Positions 60,788-64,000 of a stretch of 64,000 bases of DNA are shown here, in pieces; position 1 is the stretch's first letter, and each line of letters opens with the position of its first letter. Under the pieces are notes generated by a model. The model was not told the origin of the DNA, made no database searches, and saw only the letters and a list, made by a program, of their open reading frames with translations. Both the position numbers and the translations under genes were made by a program. The DNA lies in assembly GCA_050273025.1 (NCBI GenBank), contig CP158635.1, forward strand, positions 28,458,001 to 28,522,000, read 5' to 3'. The DNA comes from Cenococcum geophilum. Taxonomy: Eukaryota.

Positions 60788-61475
60788 TGTGAGGGAGAGA
60801 ATAAGACTGGCGGTATCTCGAAATAGAAACTTTTAACTTCAACGAATTATGGGCGTCGGAATTGTAAGCTGAAATCACGTTTCGACTGATCGGCCGCAAG
60901 GGAGGTCAACGCTAAAGAGCCGCGAGACCGCGCAACCACCACGCACCCCATATCCACATGAAGTCGAATGAGACTGATGGTGGAAGGGCAATTGCATTGT
61001 CCAGGATGGTCTCGCCAGTCTGGGAGTCGTGGCGCTGTTTCGATCTGAGCTCTGCCAGGCTTTACCAGGCGAGTTGGACGCAGGCCAAGGCTAGCTGGCA
61101 CACGGCCAAGACTCTTAGAGCTGTTGCAAGTGTGCCGTGGCTTAGCCGCTCACGACGATCCAATTGTGAATGCGCGCGCTGACAGCAGCATCTTCTTCTA
61201 AATCCGGGGCTGATGAAGATTTTGTCAGAGAGATAGAAGTTTGATGTACGAATACATACAGAACTTTCCCTAGCCTCGATATCTCAATATCTTGTTCAGT
61301 CTTCGTGACCATCCCCGGTCCTCGGAGCGGCAAACGCTGAAACACCCGACAGTTAAGCCGCTGACGCTTTCAACACCAGCTCGACGAAGATACCATCATC
61401 TTCGCCTTACATAGACCTTCAAATTGAAGTAATAGTGGAAGCAGCTCACTTCGGTGAGTTGTTAGGTGGGCAGTG
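60788..61475. promoter_or_regulatory. Divergent intergenic/promoter region shared by the hydrolase and PAP2 genes
   Basis: About 690 bp between two head-to-head start codons; no specific sites claimed. Confidence 0.55.
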
Positions 61476-63337
61476 ATGGATTCATGGCAACCTCAGAAAC
61501 TTCCCTTCTCCAAGAAAAAGCTCCCCAAGAAGGTTGTTCTATCGTATGTATCCACAGCAGCGCAACCCACGACCGTCGAACAACACGCTAACTACAGTAG
61601 ATATATCCTCGACTACGTGATAATTATGTGCGTCTGGCCCCCACTCCACCGGACACACGATCTCCTTCCCTAACCGTATCCAAACTAACATACCTTGTTC
61701 AGAGTCTTAATCGCCGTTTTCTACGCTCTCGATGCCGTTGAGCCATTTCACCAGCACTTCTCGCTACAAAACTATACCCTTCATTACCCGTACGCCGTTA
61801 AAGAGAGGGTTTCGGTGCCCGCGCTTGTCCTCATTGCAGTCATTTGCCCAGCCGCCATCATCGCCGTATACACTCTAGTAATTGATGGATTGTTTTCACA
61901 CCAACCGACAACGATGTCATCAGGGAGAAGGAGGCGGTTGTCAGGCAGATACCGATTGAAGGATCGGCTGTGGGAGTTGAATTGCGGAATATTGGGTCTG
62001 CTATTGGCGGTTGCAGCGTCCTTTACAATCACTGGTATGATGCTACGAGCGTTGGTTTTAGGAGGTATTAGGTTAACGACTTCACAGGCGCACTGAAAAA
62101 TGCTATTGGAAAGCCACGGCCTGATCTTATAGCTCGGTAGGCTACTCTACCAATAGGTACTTCAGAGCATAACTAACGACTCTTAGTTGTATACCCCCAC
62201 CGGGTTCAGTGGATCCACCACCCTTTGGGCTTTCAGATCATGGTCTATGCACCCAAAAAGACAATGCTATTCTCAAAGATGGATTCCGAAGCTTCCCGTC
62301 GGGTCATAGTAGTAGTCAGTTCCTACTCTGAATCCAACTAAATTTTATCATACACGATTGCTGACTCTTATACAGCTGCTTTCGGCGGCCTTTTCTACCT
62401 CTCGTTGTACCTTGCTGCCAAGATGCATGTCCTCGACTCCAAAGGCGAAGTCTGGAAGACTTTCATAATTATGGTTCCCACCCTTGGTGCTGCTCTCATT
62501 GCCGGCTCCCGTATTATGGATGCTCGTCATCACCCTTTCGATGTCATCTTCGGGAGTCTCCTCGGTATCCTTGTCGCATGGGGCTCATATCGACAGTACT
62601 TCCCTCCCGTCACCGAGGTGTGGCGCAAAGGTCGTGCCTATCCTATCCGCAGCTGGGGCCGCGAGCCAGTTGCACCGCCTGAAGTCACTCGCGCCACCGA
62701 CAGCACCGAGCGTTTGCAAGCGCCCATGCCCAAACCCGCCGACGAAGAACGAGGCGTAGCATCCAGCTACTCCTCGCCCACCGCACCGCCGAATATGGGG
62801 GATGAACACAGCGGCAACGTCTTCCGGCAACAGATTTCTGCTTCACAGCGCCGAAGAGCAGAAGACCCTTACCGCGGCGGTCCGTCATCCGCTTACAGTG
62901 CGCCTCAGCGTGGCCCCTCGAACGTGTCTTCAAATATCTCAACCTACACCTCCACACTCCCGGCCTCGAATCCCTTTTCAGAGCCGACCGCACACCGCGG
63001 AAGGCAAGGCGACGGCTACGACTACTCTTCGTCCGAGGACGACGAGAACTACGAGCTGCAGCGCAGCTACACGCTCTCTAACCCGCACGGCGAGGCGCAA
63101 GGCCCGTACGACCCCGTCCATGCTGCCTCCTTTGGCGGCGACACAGCATACCTTGCCCCTGTGATCTCGCCCATACCGACACCGCTGCCTGCGACTACCA
63201 GGAAGCCCATCACTGCGGTGCCGACTAGCGATCCCGCGGAGACGAGCAGGAGCCCACCGCCGCCGGAACCGCCGGCGCACGCGTCAGGGACGACGGGCGG
63301 GGCGATGGGTGCGCAGCCTACGGAGTCGCATGCGTAG
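61476..63337 (+). CDS. PAP2-family lipid phosphate phosphatase (DPP1/LPP1-like); join(61476..61543, 61601..61627, 61703..62034, 62088..62136, 62187..62314, 62376..63337)
   Basis: Five GT-AG introns with CTAAC/CTGAC/TTAAC branch sites keep the frame; three catalytic motifs KNAIGKPRP (KxxxxxxRP), SFPSGHSS (PSGH) and SRIMDARHHPFD (SRxxxxxHxxxD); hydrophobic segments; long low-complexity C-terminal tail. Confidence 0.95.
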
Positions 63338-64000
63338 GGAGAGTCAGGTGACTAGTGACTACAATCATTTAATGTATGTCTCTAGTTGAATTACGGCTTT
63401 CTGCGCATTCGTTTACTGTGTTTACTACTTTGATGCTTCTGTGGTTTTTTTCTTTGGGCTGGTCCAGGCAGAAATCGAAGGACGAGTAGCCTAGTGTTGA
63501 GAGCAGCTAAAATGATGAGGCTAGAGGATGATGATGAATGTGGAGGAGGACTAGCAAGGCTTTGAGACTTTGGAAGATTACAGGACCAGACGGCCACAGC
63601 CAGTGGTACCTTGGAATCACTTGACAGACAAACAATGAAAAAATGTTCACAATACCAGAATTGGTCCAGTATTTTTTGAGTCGTTGAGGTTATTGACTGC
63701 CTAGCCCATCTGAGGACATTATAACTTTAATTCCACCACCTATCTTTATCCCTTTGAACGCATACCCATTTCTCACATTCAATTTCAAATCATCTCATTG
63801 TGCTCGGTGTATTCGATGTCCGAGAAGGCCGCTAGCTAATTGACTCACCTCTGCAGGATGCGCCAGTCCTCTTCAGGAAACGCATGATATCAACGAGAAG
63901 GGTGATTAGGAAGGTATAAGTTCAGGATGAAGCTGGATCCATGGAGTTTGAATCCCCACATTCCGAATTGGGAGCTCCACAATCCCGATTTGAAAGAAGC

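Noticed and set aside
62484..63280. Overlapping alternative-frame and antisense ORFs in the PAP2 last exon
   Set aside because: Shadow frames of a GC-rich coding exon with no independent motifs.

Overview
Filamentous-ascomycete (Pezizomycotina-type) genomic DNA spanning an isochore border. Positions 1 to about 58,900 are an AT-rich, RIP-degenerated (TpA-rich, CpA/TpG-poor, TAA/TAG-riddled) stack of nested transposons that can be resolved by terminal repeats and target-site duplications (TSDs). The outermost element is a Helitron-type PIF1 helicase relic, interrupted by Gypsy-A (minus strand, runs off the left edge). Gypsy-A holds four insertions: a 1.08-kb split-direct-repeat (Ngaro/PAT-like) mini element; a Copia, which holds Gypsy-B (with a PIF/Tourist-like MITE and a solo LTR) and a non-coding TRIM-like element (with a hAT transposon); Gypsy-C, which holds Gypsy-D; and Gypsy-E, which holds a Tad1-like LINE. 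Positions about 59,000-64,000 are GC-balanced and carry two divergent intact genes: an alpha/beta hydrolase (minus) and a six-exon PAP2 lipid phosphate phosphatase (plus). The most notable signals are (1) intron-containing antisense Zn2Cys6-like/coiled-coil genes in the 3' regions of two different Gypsy families, (2) a ~125-bp palindromic CCAAT/CGG-containing module shared by the 3' regions of the three other Gypsy families and inverted in one of them, and (3) a non-coding split-direct-repeat element integrated through a TAT core, as expected for tyrosine-recombinase retroelements. All reconstructions were read by eye; de-RIP restorations and family names are inferences, and no database search was run.
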